From contig JACKFZ010000006.1 in the NCBI GenBank assembly GCA_020632215.1, forward strand, positions 12,574 through 76,573: 64,000 bases of DNA. Reading direction: 5' to 3'. Below the pieces are notes generated by a model. That model was not told the origin of the DNA, searched no databases, and saw nothing but the letters and a program-made list of their open reading frames with translations. The position numbers and the translations under genes were made by a program. The DNA comes from Candidatus Nomurabacteria bacterium (GTDB lineage: Bacteria; Patescibacteriota; Minisyncoccia; Phycocordibacterales; JAACPR01). This document shows positions 22,052 through 32,605 of the stretch, one piece after another; position 1 is the first letter of the stretch, and each line of letters starts with the position of its first letter.

Positions 22052-22687
22052 CTAGTCTTCTTCTGAAACCTCTTCTTCTTTCTTTTCTCCAGCTACTTCA
22101 ATCTTGCTCATATCGATTGCTTCTACTGGTTCTTCCACTTCTTCCTTAGGCTCTTGAACAAGAGCAATGACTTCGTTTGGATCAACTTTTAGCTCAACTC
22201 CTTCTGGCATTACTAGATCTTTTGCATGAATTTGACTTTCAAAATCAACGAGAGATGAGACATCCACTTTTATTTCATGTGGTAAATGTCTAGGTAGTGA
22301 TTCTACTTCAATATCATGAGCAACTTTCACAAGAACTCCCCCTAGGGTTTTTTCTGCAGGTGCTTCACCCTCGAATATTAGAGGTACGGTAACTTCCAAC
22401 TTCTTTCCCCTTTCAATAACATAAAAATCAACATGAGAAATCTGATCAGAGACAGGATCTCTGTCAACGGAATGAATTAGTACTTCGTGATTCTCATCAC
22501 CAACTTTCAAATCTACGATAGTAGACTCGCCAGCTTCTTTAAAAACTTTTTCAAACTGTAAACTCTCTATTTTTACAGCTTGAGACTTTTCTTTCGGACC
22601 ATAGAAAACCGCTGGAATAATTCCCTGAGATCTTAGATTTTTTACATCTTCTTTTGTGTCACGCACTAGGGCGTCAATCTTTTGCAT
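22052..22687 (-). CDS. rplY: 50S ribosomal protein L25 / general stress protein Ctc
   Basis: VRDTKEDVKNLRSQGIIPAVFYG and a Ctc-type C-terminal extension with an acidic tail. Confidence 0.8.
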   Translation of the reverse strand: MQKIDALVRDTKEDVKNLRSQGIIPAVFYGPKEKSQAVKIESLQFEKVFKEAGESTIVDLKVGDENHEVLIHSVDRDPVSDQISHVDFYVIERGKKLEVTVPLIFEGEAPAEKTLGGVLVKVAHDIEVESLPRHLPHEIKVDVSSLVDFESQIHAKDLVMPEGVELKVDPNEVIALVQEPKEEVEEPVEAIDMSKIEVAGEKKEEEVSEED

Positions 22688-23145
22688 AGTGGGTAATAGT
22701 ATACATAAAAAGCTGAAGTGTGCAATCAGTCAGAATGTAGAACTTAGTATCTAGAATGTAGAATGTAGTTTGTAGGAAATAGCGTTCAGAAGTCAACGAC
22801 CAGCTTTCAGAAGTAGTTGTCTTGTCACCAAGGTTTGCGAAATGCAATTGATTGTTTATCTGAATTTGCAAGGATTTTAGTCATAAGCTTATCTTCCCCT
22901 TCTCAAAATAAAACATCTCCTCCTGGACAAACAGAGTCAACATGTTGGTTTTATTTGTTAAGACAATCGAATCTATCTTTACCGTTTTCTAATATTGAAA
23001 AACCACATATTTTATAAAAGTCTGATTTATTATGATTATAAAAACCAATAGCTGTTTTACTAGCTTCTTCTTTATATTCTTTGATCTTCTCCATAATCGA
23101 AATCTTTCATAGATGTTACTTTTTCTACATTCTATATACTACATA

Positions 23146-24792
23146 CTACATTCTAGTAATATGCTTCTCCATATACTCTTTACTACCTCCCACCTTCTTC
23201 CCAGGATTAAAAATATTATTTGGATCAAAAATATCTTTAACCGTCTCAAAGAGTCTATAAACTTCTTTACCAAACATTTCTTCTAAATATGGTGTTCTCA
23301 CTATCCCATCATTATGTTCAGCAGTAATAGTTCCTCCATATTCAATCACTAGTTTATAAACTTTATCAGCCACAATTCTAATCTTATCTCTTTCTTCTTT
23401 CTTATCTAGCTCCATCAGAGGAATGATGTGTAAATTACCACTACCAGCATGGCCGGCAATATTCACTTTGACATCATGTTCTTTGAGAATAGCTAAAAAC
23501 CTTGGCAAAAATTCGGGTAACTTATCAGGAGTAACACAGATATCATCTATAAACGGAGCGGTTTTTTTTCCTTTTACTTTTTGTCTTAATAGATTGAAAC
23601 TTTCGCGTCTCATAACCCAATACTTTTCAGCATCCTCATGGTCTCTAGAAACTCGATAAAGAAGTTTTTGTTTGTCCAATACTTCCTTAATCACTTTTAC
23701 TTTATTGTCCATGGCTGCCTCAGTTTTCTCAGAAATTTCCAAGAGTACAATAAGTTTTGGTAATCCCATCATTCTTATTCCAATAAAAACTTCGGGCAAA
23801 AATTTCCAGGCAAAAGATAAAAAGTTCATGCCGACTTTTTTGGCAACTTCAGGCATAAATCTCAATCCCAATTTCAAAGTTGTATCGTCAAATGTTTCCA
23901 TACTTTCTAGTTTCAATGGTAATAATTCATTGACCAATATTGGCAGATCATTCCAATTATCCAAAAAAACAGCTACCAATTTTTCATGATCATTAGACTC
24001 CACCAAACGCATTTCTGCTTCGGTTAACAAGCCCAAAGTTCCTTGTGAACCTACAAAAAGTTGTGTCAGATCAAAAGTACCAGCTTCTCTATTGTAAACA
24101 TCCCACAATGCATAACCGGAAGAATTTTTTGTTACTTTTGGTTTGGCTTTTTGAATCAAATCGTAATTTTTATCTATCAAATCAAACATTTGACGATATG
24201 TCTCTCCCTCAAAATCAGTTTGAGATTTCTTTTTTTCTAATTCCTCCCTATTCAACTTTTTGAACCTATATTCCTTTCCATTTGCCAAAACCATTTTCAA
24301 ACCCAAAACAAAGTTTCTGATCTGACCATAGCGCAAAGTTTTTTCTCCTCCACAGTTATTCATAATCATGCCACCAAGAGCAGCTAAAGATTTTGAAGCT
24401 GGATAAACAGGCATTGATATATGTTGTGGCAAAGTATCTTTTTCAAAAGTTCTAAAAAAAATTCCTGGTCCCACAATGGCTCGCAAATCTTTGACACTAA
24501 TATCTTCCTTTTTAAAATATCTTGTAAAATCTAGAATAATACCTTCATTGATGGCTCCTCCTGACATATCAGTACCAGCCGATCTACCAGTAATTGAAAG
24601 GTTTTTGTAATTCTTCTTATTCTCATTTACAAAAGAAACAATTTTGGAAACATCTTCTGTATCTTTTGGAAAAGCAACTATCTGGGGACGCACCTCGAAC
24701 AGACTAGCATCATGACTATATTTAGAAAGTGTCTCATTGTCTGCTAATACTTCTCCTTTTATAACTTTGGATAAATCGTCAGCAAGTGACAT
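23146..24792 (-). CDS. FAD-linked oxidase (GlcD / D-lactate dehydrogenase-like)
   Basis: FAD_binding_4-like N-terminal half (RSAGTDMSGGAINEGIILD) and a C-terminal FAD-oxidase domain. Confidence 0.7.
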   Translation of the reverse strand: MSLADDLSKVIKGEVLADNETLSKYSHDASLFEVRPQIVAFPKDTEDVSKIVSFVNENKKNYKNLSITGRSAGTDMSGGAINEGIILDFTRYFKKEDISVKDLRAIVGPGIFFRTFEKDTLPQHISMPVYPASKSLAALGGMIMNNCGGEKTLRYGQIRNFVLGLKMVLANGKEYRFKKLNREELEKKKSQTDFEGETYRQMFDLIDKNYDLIQKAKPKVTKNSSGYALWDVYNREAGTFDLTQLFVGSQGTLGLLTEAEMRLVESNDHEKLVAVFLDNWNDLPILVNELLPLKLESMETFDDTTLKLGLRFMPEVAKKVGMNFLSFAWKFLPEVFIGIRMMGLPKLIVLLEISEKTEAAMDNKVKVIKEVLDKQKLLYRVSRDHEDAEKYWVMRRESFNLLRQKVKGKKTAPFIDDICVTPDKLPEFLPRFLAILKEHDVKVNIAGHAGSGNLHIIPLMELDKKEERDKIRIVADKVYKLVIEYGGTITAEHNDGIVRTPYLEEMFGKEVYRLFETVKDIFDPNNIFNPGKKVGGSKEYMEKHITRM

Positions 24793-24807
24793 AAAAAATT
24801 AATTAAA

Positions 24808-25677
24808 TTACAAATTATTAAAAAGTTTCAATCTTTCTTTTACTTTTTCTTCTACAGCCGAAACAGAAGGTTTCAAAAACTTATACGGTGCCACTTCATC
24901 TGGATCATCTTGTAGAGATTTTTTCAAAGCATCTCTGTAGGCTAAACGAATCTCAGTATTGATGTGAACGATAGACATTCCAGCTTTTATAGCTTCCACA
25001 AAATCATCATCAGAAATTCCAGATCCTCCATGCAGAACTAACGGCACTCCAGCTCCTTCTCGTAATGCTTTCACTCTCGCTGTATCAATCTTAGGATTAT
25101 GACCACCTTTCAGAATGCCATGCATATTACCAACTGCTGGAGCAAGAAGATCTATTCCTGTCTGATCTACAAAGTCTTTAGCTTGATCAACATTTGTCAA
25201 AAACTCTTCATCGGTAGCCACTCCTTCTGGAATTTCATCAACAATTTTTGATGATTGTCCTATGTTACCCAGCTCAGCTTCTACTAAAACATCTCTCCCA
25301 CAAGCTCGTGCATAGTCCACACATTTTTTAGTTACCTCTACATTTTCTTCATAAGACAATTTTACTCCATCAAAAATAACCGCGTCATAACCAGTATCAA
25401 TAGCTTCTTTCACTTTTTCAAAAGAGTAAGAGTGATCAGCATTAAGAAAAATCGGATAATCATATTTTTCTCTGAGAGTTTTCACTAGAGCCACTGCTTC
25501 ATTTACTCCAACAAAGTCTCTTTCTCCTTCTGATGTGCCGATAATGACTGGCAAGTCTAGATCTTTAGCAGCATTAAAAATTCCATGTAATCCTTCTAAA
25601 TTTGAAATATTAAAATGTCCAATAGCTACATGTTTTTCCTGATCTGCTTCAGAAATATATTCTCTCAATGTTTTCAT
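24808..25677 (-). CDS. fba: class II fructose-bisphosphate aldolase
   Basis: HVAIGHFNISNLE...IIGTSEGE...LHGGSG motifs. Confidence 0.8.
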   Translation of the reverse strand: MKTLREYISEADQEKHVAIGHFNISNLEGLHGIFNAAKDLDLPVIIGTSEGERDFVGVNEAVALVKTLREKYDYPIFLNADHSYSFEKVKEAIDTGYDAVIFDGVKLSYEENVEVTKKCVDYARACGRDVLVEAELGNIGQSSKIVDEIPEGVATDEEFLTNVDQAKDFVDQTGIDLLAPAVGNMHGILKGGHNPKIDTARVKALREGAGVPLVLHGGSGISDDDFVEAIKAGMSIVHINTEIRLAYRDALKKSLQDDPDEVAPYKFLKPSVSAVEEKVKERLKLFNNL

Positions 25678-25769
25678 AGAAATATTGTAACATGACTAGT
25701 CTGGTGGTAGTATCAGGAATAGGACACGTTCCACAAAATTCAAACCCAAACCAAGGAAAGGATTAGGCT

Positions 25770-26039
25770 ATGCAATTCATTTCTAAAAGAATTTTTGCAA
25801 AACTCTGTGATTCATCTCCTGTCGCATGGGTAATGTTCGCCTTTTGGCTGATATTCCTAGTGACTGTAGAGTTCTGCAAAAAACAAGGGCGAAAGAAAAC
25901 AACTTCCAGCCCGACCCTCTACAACTACGACGATATGGACGATGACGAAAAAACTGAGTGGTGGTTGCGAATTCTTGCCTTACCACTCATAGGACTGGAG
26001 TTAATCAGAAAAACATTTCCAAAAATCTTGAAACCCTAA
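25770..26039 (+). CDS. hypothetical small membrane protein
   Basis: ORF with two hydrophobic segments and locally higher GC. No similarity recognised. Confidence 0.3.
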   Translation: MQFISKRIFAKLCDSSPVAWVMFAFWLIFLVTVEFCKKQGRKKTTSSPTLYNYDDMDDDEKTEWWLRILALPLIGLELIRKTFPKILKP

Positions 26040-26052
26040 CCACCGAAAAAAC

Positions 26053-26328
26053 ATGTCCGACGAAGAACCAAACCCTGTAAACTGGGAAGATTCGCCACAA
26101 ACGCGGAGTGAGAAACCAGACACCATCTGTAAAATAATAATCGGAAAAAATGTGACATATCCTCAGGATAAACCCGTCGCAGTAAATCCTATTGGAAGAC
26201 AAATCCGTAAAAAAGACGCCCTAAGAGAATATTTTTTCCATGGAGATGGCATCATCGACGGCACCGATTGGGGCCTCGACGAAGAAACCAGACAAAAAAT
26301 CGTGGAAGCTGGAGGTACAACATTATAG
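26053..26328 (+). CDS. hypothetical protein
   Basis: ORF only. 14-nt gap from the previous ORF. Confidence 0.3.
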   Translation: MSDEEPNPVNWEDSPQTRSEKPDTICKIIIGKNVTYPQDKPVAVNPIGRQIRKKDALREYFFHGDGIIDGTDWGLDEETRQKIVEAGGTTL

Positions 26329-26497
26329 TTTCTGGTTTAAGGCGGCAGAACCTAATGCTTGCCAACTGGCCAAAACCCCAAAACCCGGTACACTCTGAAC
26401 CTCCAAGGTTCTGGGCTAGGCCGGATTTTTATTTAAGCCAAATCAATTTTTCTGCCAGAATCTAGAATTTAGTATGTATAGTTGATATATTACTTTT

Positions 26498-26543
26498 CTA
26501 CATACTACATACTACATACTACATACTACATTCTACATACTAA
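26498..26543. repeat. heptanucleotide tandem repeat (CATACTA) x5-6
   Basis: Sequence ctacatactacatactacatactacatactacattctacatacta. Confidence 0.8.
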
Positions 26544-26561
26544 ATAAGTTATAATTTTCAC

Positions 26562-27560
26562 ATGAATAATGAAAAAATAGATTTCCTAGCTGTTGGTGAC
26601 ATTGTCACTGACGCTTTTATTGAACTAATAGATGCATGGATTGAAATAGACAATCCTGACAAATCCAAGGAACTCTGTATGCGCTTTGGAGACAAAATAC
26701 CTTACAAGGATGTAGTTGTAGTGCCTGCTGTTGGAAACAGTCCAAATGCGGCCGTTTCAGCCCATAGACTTGGCTTAAAATCAGCATTAGTAACTGATTT
26801 GGGTGATGATAAGTTTGGTATAGAACAATTAGAAACCTTGAAATCTAAGGGTATTATTACTGACTTTGTTACTACTCACAAAGAACAACAATCAAATTAT
26901 CATTATGTTCTAAGATATGGACCTGAAAGAACAATCTTAGTAAAACACACAGAATGGAGATATAAATTCCCAGAAATTTTTCCTGCTCCAAAATTTATGT
27001 ACCTTAGTTCCCTTGCTTCTAATTCTTTAGCCTATCACTACGAAATAGTTGAGTATTTGAAAAGACATCCTGATACAAAATTATCTTTTCAGCCAGGAAC
27101 ATTTCAAATAAAATTAGGAAAAGAAAAAATGAAAGATCTCTACGAATTATCTTATTTATTTTTCTGCAACAAAGAAGAAGCACAACTAATTTTAGGAACC
27201 AAAGAAAATGATATAAAAACTTTATTAAAAATGATGAGAGACATTGGACCAAAGATTCCAGTCATCACTGATGGGCCAAAAGGAGCCTATGTTTATGACG
27301 GCACAAAATGTCTATTCACACCAATGTATCCAGATCCAAAAGATCCTATCGATAGAACTGGTGCCGGAGATGCCTTTGCAAGTACTTTCACTTCTGCTTT
27401 AGCACTTGGTAAAAAAATTGAAGAGGCTCTGGCATGGGGACCAATCAATTCTATGAATGTCGTTCAATATATTGGTGCACAAAAAGGGTTGTTAAAAAGA
27501 GAAGAGTTAGAAGAATTACTAAGTAAAAGACCTTCTGAATATGTGGTTAGAGAGATTTAA
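26562..27560 (+). CDS. PfkB-family carbohydrate kinase (ribokinase-like)
   Basis: The DRTGAGDAFASTF anion-hole motif near the C-terminus is typical of PfkB kinases. Confidence 0.75.
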   Translation: MNNEKIDFLAVGDIVTDAFIELIDAWIEIDNPDKSKELCMRFGDKIPYKDVVVVPAVGNSPNAAVSAHRLGLKSALVTDLGDDKFGIEQLETLKSKGIITDFVTTHKEQQSNYHYVLRYGPERTILVKHTEWRYKFPEIFPAPKFMYLSSLASNSLAYHYEIVEYLKRHPDTKLSFQPGTFQIKLGKEKMKDLYELSYLFFCNKEEAQLILGTKENDIKTLLKMMRDIGPKIPVITDGPKGAYVYDGTKCLFTPMYPDPKDPIDRTGAGDAFASTFTSALALGKKIEEALAWGPINSMNVVQYIGAQKGLLKREELEELLSKRPSEYVVREI

Positions 27561-28084
27561 TTTTTCTTTATCATTTCTGTTTCAGGGATAATTGATCCGC
27601 TTTTAAAACGGAACCTTTCATCATATGCTATATTTCCAGTATTAGTGAATCCAAGTTTTTTATAAAAATTAATGGCTTTTTCATTATAAGATGCGACCAT
27701 TACCTTTATAGGTTTACTGTTGCTAAATTTTTTATTTGCTTCATTCCACAACATTAGACCAACTCCTTTGCTTTGATACTGGAGCAGAACGTAAATAGAT
27801 TTCAATTCATCAACTTCATCACCAATCACAACAGAACATACACCAATAACCACATCGTCATCTCTGGCTATAAATATAAATCGATTATCTGGCTTATTTT
27901 TAAGAAAATCAATTTTCTTTTCTATCTGTTCTTCAGAAAAACTTTTCTTAAAATGATCCTCGATATCTTCTCTAGTAATACCGAGCTCTTTGTTTGGATA
28001 AGTATCTAACCAAGTTTCATATAATAGTTTCCTAGTATCAATAATTTCTTCTCTATTTGCTTGTGCTTCCGTAATCTTGACCAT
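27557..28084 (-). CDS. GNAT-family N-acetyltransferase
   Basis: Acetyl-CoA-binding motif QYQSKGVGLML. Confidence 0.7.
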   Translation of the reverse strand: MVKITEAQANREEIIDTRKLLYETWLDTYPNKELGITREDIEDHFKKSFSEEQIEKKIDFLKNKPDNRFIFIARDDDVVIGVCSVVIGDEVDELKSIYVLLQYQSKGVGLMLWNEANKKFSNSKPIKVMVASYNEKAINFYKKLGFTNTGNIAYDERFRFKSGSIIPETEMIKKN

Positions 28085-28086
28085 AT

Positions 28087-28347
28087 CTAATCTATTTTTA
28101 TAAACCTCAAACCTTTGTATTCATCTCTATCTACTTCTTCCATAAACATCTTTAATGGCCTAGAAAAATACTGCGCACTTTTTCCTATTAAAAGTTCGGA
28201 AGTGTTCAAAGGTTCATAAACCACATATTTTTCTTCTGTTTCTGTATCTACCGAAATTCCGACTATTCTGTAAATATGATTATTCTCTTCCCCATTAGGA
28301 TCATGTTTGAAATGTTTGTATATTTCTCCCTTTTTAGGTTTATTCAT
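28087..28347 (-). CDS. DUF1653-like small protein
   Basis: GEIYKHFK...YRIVGIS...VYEPL pattern, recalled as DUF1653. Weak. Confidence 0.4.
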   Translation of the reverse strand: MNKPKKGEIYKHFKHDPNGEENNHIYRIVGISVDTETEEKYVVYEPLNTSELLIGKSAQYFSRPLKMFMEEVDRDEYKGLRFIKID

Positions 28348-28786
28348 AATGATAAATTTTATTTTCTAAAAAGTTACTCAAAACTCTTTCAGAGCTTTTA
28401 TATATTGGGCTTGGCAAATTACCTTTACTAAACCATTTCCATTCTACACATTTTTCTGGTTCCATTAATTTTATCTCTTGACCAGAATATCTAGCTTTTA
28501 ATCCGATACCAACTCCATGTCGATTATCACTATCGATAAAACTTAACTCATCAAAAACACAAATAATTGCTAAGTCTTCTTTTAGAAAATCTATTCCCAG
28601 CTCTTCTTTTAATTCTCTTTGTGCACATTCAATTATAGTCTCCCCAAAATCAATATGCCCTCCTGGAAAAGCCCACTGTCCTTCTCCAAAAGAACCCTTT
28701 CTTAAACCAAAAAGAAATTCTCCTTTTTCATTTTGAATTAAAACACCAACCCCTGGTCTTATTTGTCCTTCTCCTTTATTTTCCAT
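28340..28786 (-). CDS. NUDIX hydrolase
   Basis: Nudix box GGHIDFGETIIECAQRELKEELGI. Confidence 0.75.
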   Translation of the reverse strand: MENKGEGQIRPGVGVLIQNEKGEFLFGLRKGSFGEGQWAFPGGHIDFGETIIECAQRELKEELGIDFLKEDLAIICVFDELSFIDSDNRHGVGIGLKARYSGQEIKLMEPEKCVEWKWFSKGNLPSPIYKSSERVLSNFLENKIYHYE

Positions 28787-29144
28787 CTTCTAATTTTAAA
28801 ATTCTATCTTCATGATTAGACAACCAGTTCTCAGATCTCCACATCCTTCTCTCTAATCTATCAAATCTCTCATCTATTCTGGCAAATTTGGCATCCAATC
28901 TAATCTCCAAGCCTTCAATAGCTACTGTTATTTTTTGAGTAAAATCTTCTGATATCAGTCCAAAGTAATGTGCGAATTTATCTTCTAAATAGTCTTTAGT
29001 AACATAATTTTTACTTTCTAAATATTCTTTCGTTATGTAATTTTGAGATTCCAGATAGTCTACTAGATAACCTTTTGTAACCACTTCCTCCCTTTCTTTT
29101 TTAGATAGTTTTTTCATAAGTTCAGCCATTATATCACAGACCAA
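28776..29144 (-). CDS. hypothetical protein with short KxYLxxKNY repeats
   Basis: Repeats YLVDYLESQNYITKEYLESKNYVTKDYLEDKF followed by a coiled coil. Confidence 0.35.
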   Translation of the reverse strand: MVCDIMAELMKKLSKKEREEVVTKGYLVDYLESQNYITKEYLESKNYVTKDYLEDKFAHYFGLISEDFTQKITVAIEGLEIRLDAKFARIDERFDRLERRMWRSENWLSNHEDRILKLEDGK

Positions 29145-29182
29145 TTTTGACCTGTGGATAGAATTTCATAAAAAATTTAGGG

Positions 29183-30178
29183 CTATTTCTTACGCAAAAT
29201 CACTTTATGCACCGCTTCTATAATATGACTTTTATCCATTCCATAATGTCCAATTAGCTCGTTAGGTGTCCCAGATTGACCAAAAAGATCTTTCACTCCA
29301 ACAAACTCTTGTGGTACTGGATAATTTTTTGCCAAACACTCAGCGACCGCACTTCCCATTCCTCCAGCAATTTGATGTTCTTCTACAGTGACAATAGCTT
29401 TTGTACTTTTTGCTAATTCAATAATTGCGCTGTCATCAAGCGGTTTAATTGTCGCTAAATTCATGACAGTCACTTTCACTTTTTTCTCTTCTAAATCTTT
29501 AGCTGCTAACAAAGCTTTGTGTAAAAGCGCTCCAGTAGCAATTATCCCAACATCAGACTGACCTTCTGGTTGATAAAAAATTGAAGCTTTGCCTATTTCA
29601 AATGGGGTATCTTCTGTGGTCATCACAGGTGTTTTTTCTCTAGCTAAACGAATATATGTCGGCTCCTTGGTTTGTATACAAGCTAATGTAGCTTTCTTTG
29701 CTTCAAGAGCATCACAAGGTGAAATAACAACCATATTTGGAATAACTCTGGTGATGGCGATGTCTTCAATAGCTTGATGTGTTCCCCCGTCTGGACCAAC
29801 AGAAACACCAGCATGGCTTCCTGCAATCTTTACCGGCACATCGTTATAACAAATAGTGGTACGAATCTGCTCCCAGTTTCTCCCAGGAGAAAACATAGCA
29901 TATGAAGAGATAAAAGGAATTTTTCCCATTGCTGCCATCCCAGAAGCAACTGAAGCTAAGTTTTGTTCTGCTACCCCAATTTCAATAAATCTTTCAGGAA
30001 ACTTTTTGGCAAACTTATCCATCTTGGTAGATTCTGTTAGATCAGCACAAAGACCAACAACTCTCTCGTCTTTTTCTCCAGCTTGCAATAAACCCTCACC
30101 AAAACCAAGACGAATAGCTTCTTGCTCAACGTCCTCTAAAAAAATATTTGGATTTAATTTTTGTTTATCGTTTAACAT
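29183..30178 (-). CDS. transketolase, C-terminal (pyrimidine-binding) subunit
   Basis: FIEIGVAEQNLASVASGMAAMGKIPFISSYAMF together with a C-terminal transketolase_C region. Confidence 0.85.
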   Translation of the reverse strand: MLNDKQKLNPNIFLEDVEQEAIRLGFGEGLLQAGEKDERVVGLCADLTESTKMDKFAKKFPERFIEIGVAEQNLASVASGMAAMGKIPFISSYAMFSPGRNWEQIRTTICYNDVPVKIAGSHAGVSVGPDGGTHQAIEDIAITRVIPNMVVISPCDALEAKKATLACIQTKEPTYIRLAREKTPVMTTEDTPFEIGKASIFYQPEGQSDVGIIATGALLHKALLAAKDLEEKKVKVTVMNLATIKPLDDSAIIELAKSTKAIVTVEEHQIAGGMGSAVAECLAKNYPVPQEFVGVKDLFGQSGTPNELIGHYGMDKSHIIEAVHKVILRKK

Positions 30179-30875
30179 GTTTTCTCCATATTGTAGCTAA
30201 TGTATGTCGAACATAAGACTTACCATGCATTATACCTTCTTTTTCTTTATCCAATAACATCTCTAATGAAAAAAAGTTGCTCATTTCTTCAACTAATTCT
30301 TTCAGGTCAAATAATACGCTACCAACATCAATCTCTGGATCAATAATCTTTTTTAACTTGCCACCATTTTCGATAATTGGGCATTGGCCGTAATATCCAT
30401 CGTCCTTATAAGCCAGTGACACAAGAAACTTCCCATCTTCTTTAAGAACCCTATTGGCTTCAGATCTATAAAACTTTCTGACTTCATCATCAACTTGATG
30501 TTTATAGACAAAAGTATCGGAAATAAAATCAATCGTTGAATCATCTACTGGTAATCCACTACTTAAATCTCTAACTTCAAATGTAATATTATTACTTTCT
30601 GTATTTAACCTACTATTAGCTTTTTGAATTGCACTTTTTGAAATATCAAAACCAATAACCCTTGAGCCCAAACTGTTTATAAATATAGAATTTCTTCCTG
30701 TACCACAACCAACATCTAAACTATTTTTAGGATATTCATTCTTAGAAATAAATTTCCAATTACTCATAGCCCAAATCAATGCCCCAGAAGGCTCTTCTTT
30801 AATACTTGATGGAATGCCTTGTTTTGAATACTCTTTGTCCCATTTTGAAGAATGCTCTTCATTACTCATGATCAT
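30165..30875 (-). CDS. class I SAM-dependent methyltransferase
   Basis: Motif I LDVGCGTGRNSIFI. Inserted between the two transketolase halves and overlaps both by 14 nt. Confidence 0.7.
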   Translation of the reverse strand: MIMSNEEHSSKWDKEYSKQGIPSSIKEEPSGALIWAMSNWKFISKNEYPKNSLDVGCGTGRNSIFINSLGSRVIGFDISKSAIQKANSRLNTESNNITFEVRDLSSGLPVDDSTIDFISDTFVYKHQVDDEVRKFYRSEANRVLKEDGKFLVSLAYKDDGYYGQCPIIENGGKLKKIIDPEIDVGSVLFDLKELVEEMSNFFSLEMLLDKEKEGIMHGKSYVRHTLATIWRKHVKR

Positions 30876-31761
30876 TACAAGTTATTTTCCCTCCTAAAGT
30901 TCGAAGTCTTTTCAAAGCTTCCGTTGCTTGTTCATCTTTTTTATATACATCCTCTGGCCCCTTACCTGGCGGATTTCCATGCCATTCAAATCTTCTTTCC
31001 ATAAAATCAACACCTTTACCAGGAATAGTGTGAGCAATGATAACAGATGGCATATCAAAAACTGTTTTAGCTTGACTAATGGCATCATCAATAGCTTCAA
31101 AATTGTGTCCGTCTATTTCAATAACGTGCCAATTGAAACTTTCAAATTTCTCACTTAATTTTTTGAGTGGCATTATATCTTCCGTAAATCCATCTATTTG
31201 AATATTATTTCTATCAATAATCATTATGAGATTATGTAATTTTTCCTTTGCTGCCAACATTACAGCTTCCCAATTTTGTCCTTCATCTAATTCCCCATCA
31301 CCCGTTAGACAGTAAACAAACTTATTAGAAGTTTTTCCTTCATCAATTCTAATTGCCAATGCCATACCTACAGATTGTGACAAACCAGAACCAAGTGGTC
31401 CCGAAGATGTTTCCAATGCTGGCAAAAATTCTCTGTGAGGATGGCCTTGCAACTTGGAACCAAATTTTCTTAAAGTCTTTAAATCTTCTATTGGAAAATA
31501 CCCCGAATGCGCCATTGTTGCGTAAAGAACAGGACAAATGTGCCCATTTGATAAAACTAGTCTGTCTCTTTGTTCCCAACTAGGATTCTTTGGATCATGT
31601 TTCAATGCATGAAAATATAAATAGGTAAAAATGTCTGCCATGCCCAATGGTCCAGCAGTATGTCCAGATCCAGCTTCTATCAGCATTTCTAAAATAGATT
31701 GACGAATATCATTAGCTTTCTTTTGCAAATCGCAAACTTGCTCATCAGTGATGTTTCCCAT
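30862..31761 (-). CDS. transketolase, N-terminal (thiamine diphosphate-binding) subunit
   Basis: GHTAGPLGMADIFTYLYF...GDGELDEGQNWEA. Confidence 0.85.
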   Translation of the reverse strand: MGNITDEQVCDLQKKANDIRQSILEMLIEAGSGHTAGPLGMADIFTYLYFHALKHDPKNPSWEQRDRLVLSNGHICPVLYATMAHSGYFPIEDLKTLRKFGSKLQGHPHREFLPALETSSGPLGSGLSQSVGMALAIRIDEGKTSNKFVYCLTGDGELDEGQNWEAVMLAAKEKLHNLIMIIDRNNIQIDGFTEDIMPLKKLSEKFESFNWHVIEIDGHNFEAIDDAISQAKTVFDMPSVIIAHTIPGKGVDFMERRFEWHGNPPGKGPEDVYKKDEQATEALKRLRTLGGKITCNDHE

Positions 31762-31793
31762 AATAAGAAATTATAACTTAGTTACACAAGACC

Positions 31794-31887
31794 GTCATCC
31801 CAGACTTGGTCTGGGATCTCGTCAACTTAATTATCTAAAGTTTTTCGAGATCCTGAAAATCCTCTGCTACGCAGGGTTTCAGGATGA
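31794..31887. repeat. family P palindromic element (long form)
   Basis: gtcatcc-cagacttggtctgg-gatctcg ... cgagatc-ctgaaa...tttcagg-atgac. Confidence 0.65.
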
Positions 31888-31895
31888 CAACTCAA

Positions 31896-32591
31896 CTACT
31901 TATTCGCCAATCTTTCTAATTCATCTATTGTTCCCTTCACATCTCCAGATTCAAATATTAGAGATCCAGAAACAATTCTAGTTACACCAGCTTTTACTAA
32001 ATCTTGAACATTATCAAAGTTAACACCACCATCTATTGAGATTGGAATTTCTTTATTTTTATTTCTAAAATCCGCAATATTATCCAAAACACTTTCTTGA
32101 AATTCTTCTCCTTGAAATCCTATCCTTTCGATTCCCATAAACTGGACGGCATCGTAGTAGCCTTCTAGTTTCTCTAACAAATCAAGATTGTCTCCAATAT
32201 TTATAGCAATCGAAATTTCCACCAAACCTTCTGCTTTTATTTTTTTTATAAAATCAAAATCTTCTTCTTTTTTTAATGTTTTCAGATGAACAATTATTCT
32301 CGAAACTCCAACTTCAATCCATTTTGGAATTTCTTCTACTGGATTAGCAATCATCATATCAACTTCAAAATTTACATTTTGCCAATGTGGTAATCCTTCA
32401 TCTTGATGTATTAGTTGATCAAAATGGCTTTTATCACTATATGGCCAACTAATAGAACGAGTTAATTTTCCATCCATAACATCTACTTGTACCCATTCAG
32501 TATGATGATTAACTAAATTTAATTTTTCTACCAAATCATCAAAGTCGTCTGGCATTATGGCTGGTATGATTTCTATTTTCATTTTATTCAT
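31896..32591 (-). CDS. rpe: ribulose-phosphate 3-epimerase-like protein
   Basis: VQVDVMDGKL near the N-terminus and a TIM-barrel-sized protein. Its pentose-phosphate neighbours (rpiB, tkt) support the call. Confidence 0.6.
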   Translation of the reverse strand: MNKMKIEIIPAIMPDDFDDLVEKLNLVNHHTEWVQVDVMDGKLTRSISWPYSDKSHFDQLIHQDEGLPHWQNVNFEVDMMIANPVEEIPKWIEVGVSRIIVHLKTLKKEEDFDFIKKIKAEGLVEISIAINIGDNLDLLEKLEGYYDAVQFMGIERIGFQGEEFQESVLDNIADFRNKNKEIPISIDGGVNFDNVQDLVKAGVTRIVSGSLIFESGDVKGTIDELERLANK

Positions 32592-32605
32592 TTTAATTTT
32601 TAAAA

